In this document: positions 63,325-64,000 of the stretch, piece after piece
How the letters are laid out: each line of letters starts with the position of its first letter
How positions within the stretch are numbered: the first letter of the stretch is position 1
Virus record (IMG/VR): IMGVR_UViG_3300018962_000001
Coordinates: 62,001-126,000 of that record
DNA length: 64,000 nt
Reading direction: 5' to 3' (one strand)
Made by a program: the position numbers and the translations under genes
The notes under the pieces: model-generated
Seen by the model: only the letters and a program-made list of their open reading frames with translations
Database searches by the model: none
Told to the model about the DNA's origin: nothing

Positions 63325-63565
63325 GGGGCGGGGGGGATCGGAGGTTATCGCCTGTCCGGGCGCACGGCTCCTGTGGAAGTCCTGCGGGGCATGCGGGGGA
63401 CGCGGAACCATGACCGAGGCCGAGATCGCGGCGTATCACGAGCGGCAGGTGGTTGCGCGGGCCTTGCGCGAGGACCGGCGGCGGCGGCGGCGGACGATCG
63501 CCGAGGAAGCGGCGGCGCGCGGGATGGATCTGGTTGCCTATAGTCGGTTGGAACGGGGGTATTGA
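63308..63565 (+). CDS. DnaJ-type Zn finger plus HTH protein
   Basis: CPACEGRG, CGACGGRG, EEAAARG...YSRLERG. Confidence 0.6.
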   Translation: MCPACEGRGGSEVIACPGARLLWKSCGACGGRGTMTEAEIAAYHERQVVARALREDRRRRRRTIAEEAAARGMDLVAYSRLERGY

Positions 63566-64000
63566 TGGAGGGTGGATCGAGTCTCCAGGAAATCCGCGCG
63601 GTGGATCTGTGGATGGCGGTGCAGTATTTGAGTTGGGAACCGCTGGGCGAGGATCGCTACGCCACGCCTGACGGGGAGCGGCGGGCAGATGACGCTCCCT
63701 ATCTCACGAGCAGCTGGGATTGGATGCTTCCACACCTCCCGCCCGGATGGTATGTATTCCGGGTTGAGCGCCTTGATCTGTGGAATGTCTGTGAGCGACG
63801 TTGGCCGTATGCGCCTGATCGGATCTGGGCACAACACTGGAATGGCCCTCTGGCGATTGGCCTTGCCCTCCAAGCGCATGCCCAGGGCCAGATCCATCAG
63901 ATCCCGCTTGATCCCAAGAACCCGTGGCTCTACATCGATGTCGATGGCGTGTTGAACGGTACCTATGAGGGATGGGTCCAACTCCGCCCAAATGCGATCG
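63565..64000 (+). CDS. fusion protein with HAD-superfamily phosphatase motif I (3'-truncated by window)
   Basis: hand translation from ATG 63565 is open to the window end: ...PLAIGLAL...WLYIDVDGVLNG. Confidence 0.6.
   Translation, partial: MEGGSSLQEIRAVDLWMAVQYLSWEPLGEDRYATPDGERRADDAPYLTSSWDWMLPHLPPGWYVFRVERLDLWNVCERRWPYAPDRIWAQHWNGPLAIGLALQAHAQGQIHQIPLDPKNPWLYIDVDGVLNGTYEGWVQLRPNAI

Noticed and set aside
1-64000. Genome-wide stop-codon reassignment
   Set aside because: TAA, TAG and TGA all end well-supported genes, many with ATGA overlaps.
1-64000. CRISPR array, rRNA, transposase or integrase, structural genes
   Set aside because: No regularly spaced direct repeats or recognisable motifs were seen.
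1-64000. Long minus-strand ORFs in the track (e.g. 41545-42585, 18900-19826, 58509-59408)
   Set aside because: They shadow well-supported + strand genes in GC-rich DNA and lack motifs and RBS.

Overview
A GC-rich, almost entirely + strand segment of what is most likely a large (jumbo-type) bacteriophage genome. This is an inference from dense small ORFs with ATGA overlaps, about 24 near-identical sigma70-type promoters and a 33-gene tRNA set; no structural or replication genes are visible here. 1-37.6 kb is an early/accessory region of promoter-headed cassettes: DNA MTase, KTSC, CCA-adding/HD enzyme, SWIM, ASCH-like, sigma70-r4, WGR-ligase, glycoside hydrolase and many hypotheticals. 38.5-43.8 kb holds an RNA ligase followed by a one-promoter operon: Ubl(...AVFG) - Ro60/TROVE-like - vWA - putative E2-like - JAB - E1/ThiF. 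Immediately after it, 43.8-47.3 kb is a mostly non-coding RNA island. There, eight copies of a conserved two-stem 'handle' clamp around circularly permuted tRNAs (3' half before 5' half; two rejoin to exact 76-nt cloverleaves), a capped T-arm/acceptor minihelix, or non-tRNA cargo. 45-60.4 kb is a tRNA array interleaved with small ORFs, two more MTases and several unexplained structured RNAs. The most promising undescribed system is the Ro60/Ubl operon plus the handle-bearing permuted tRNA or Y-RNA-like family plus RNA-repair enzymes. All pairings and family calls were made by eye and need computational and experimental confirmation.
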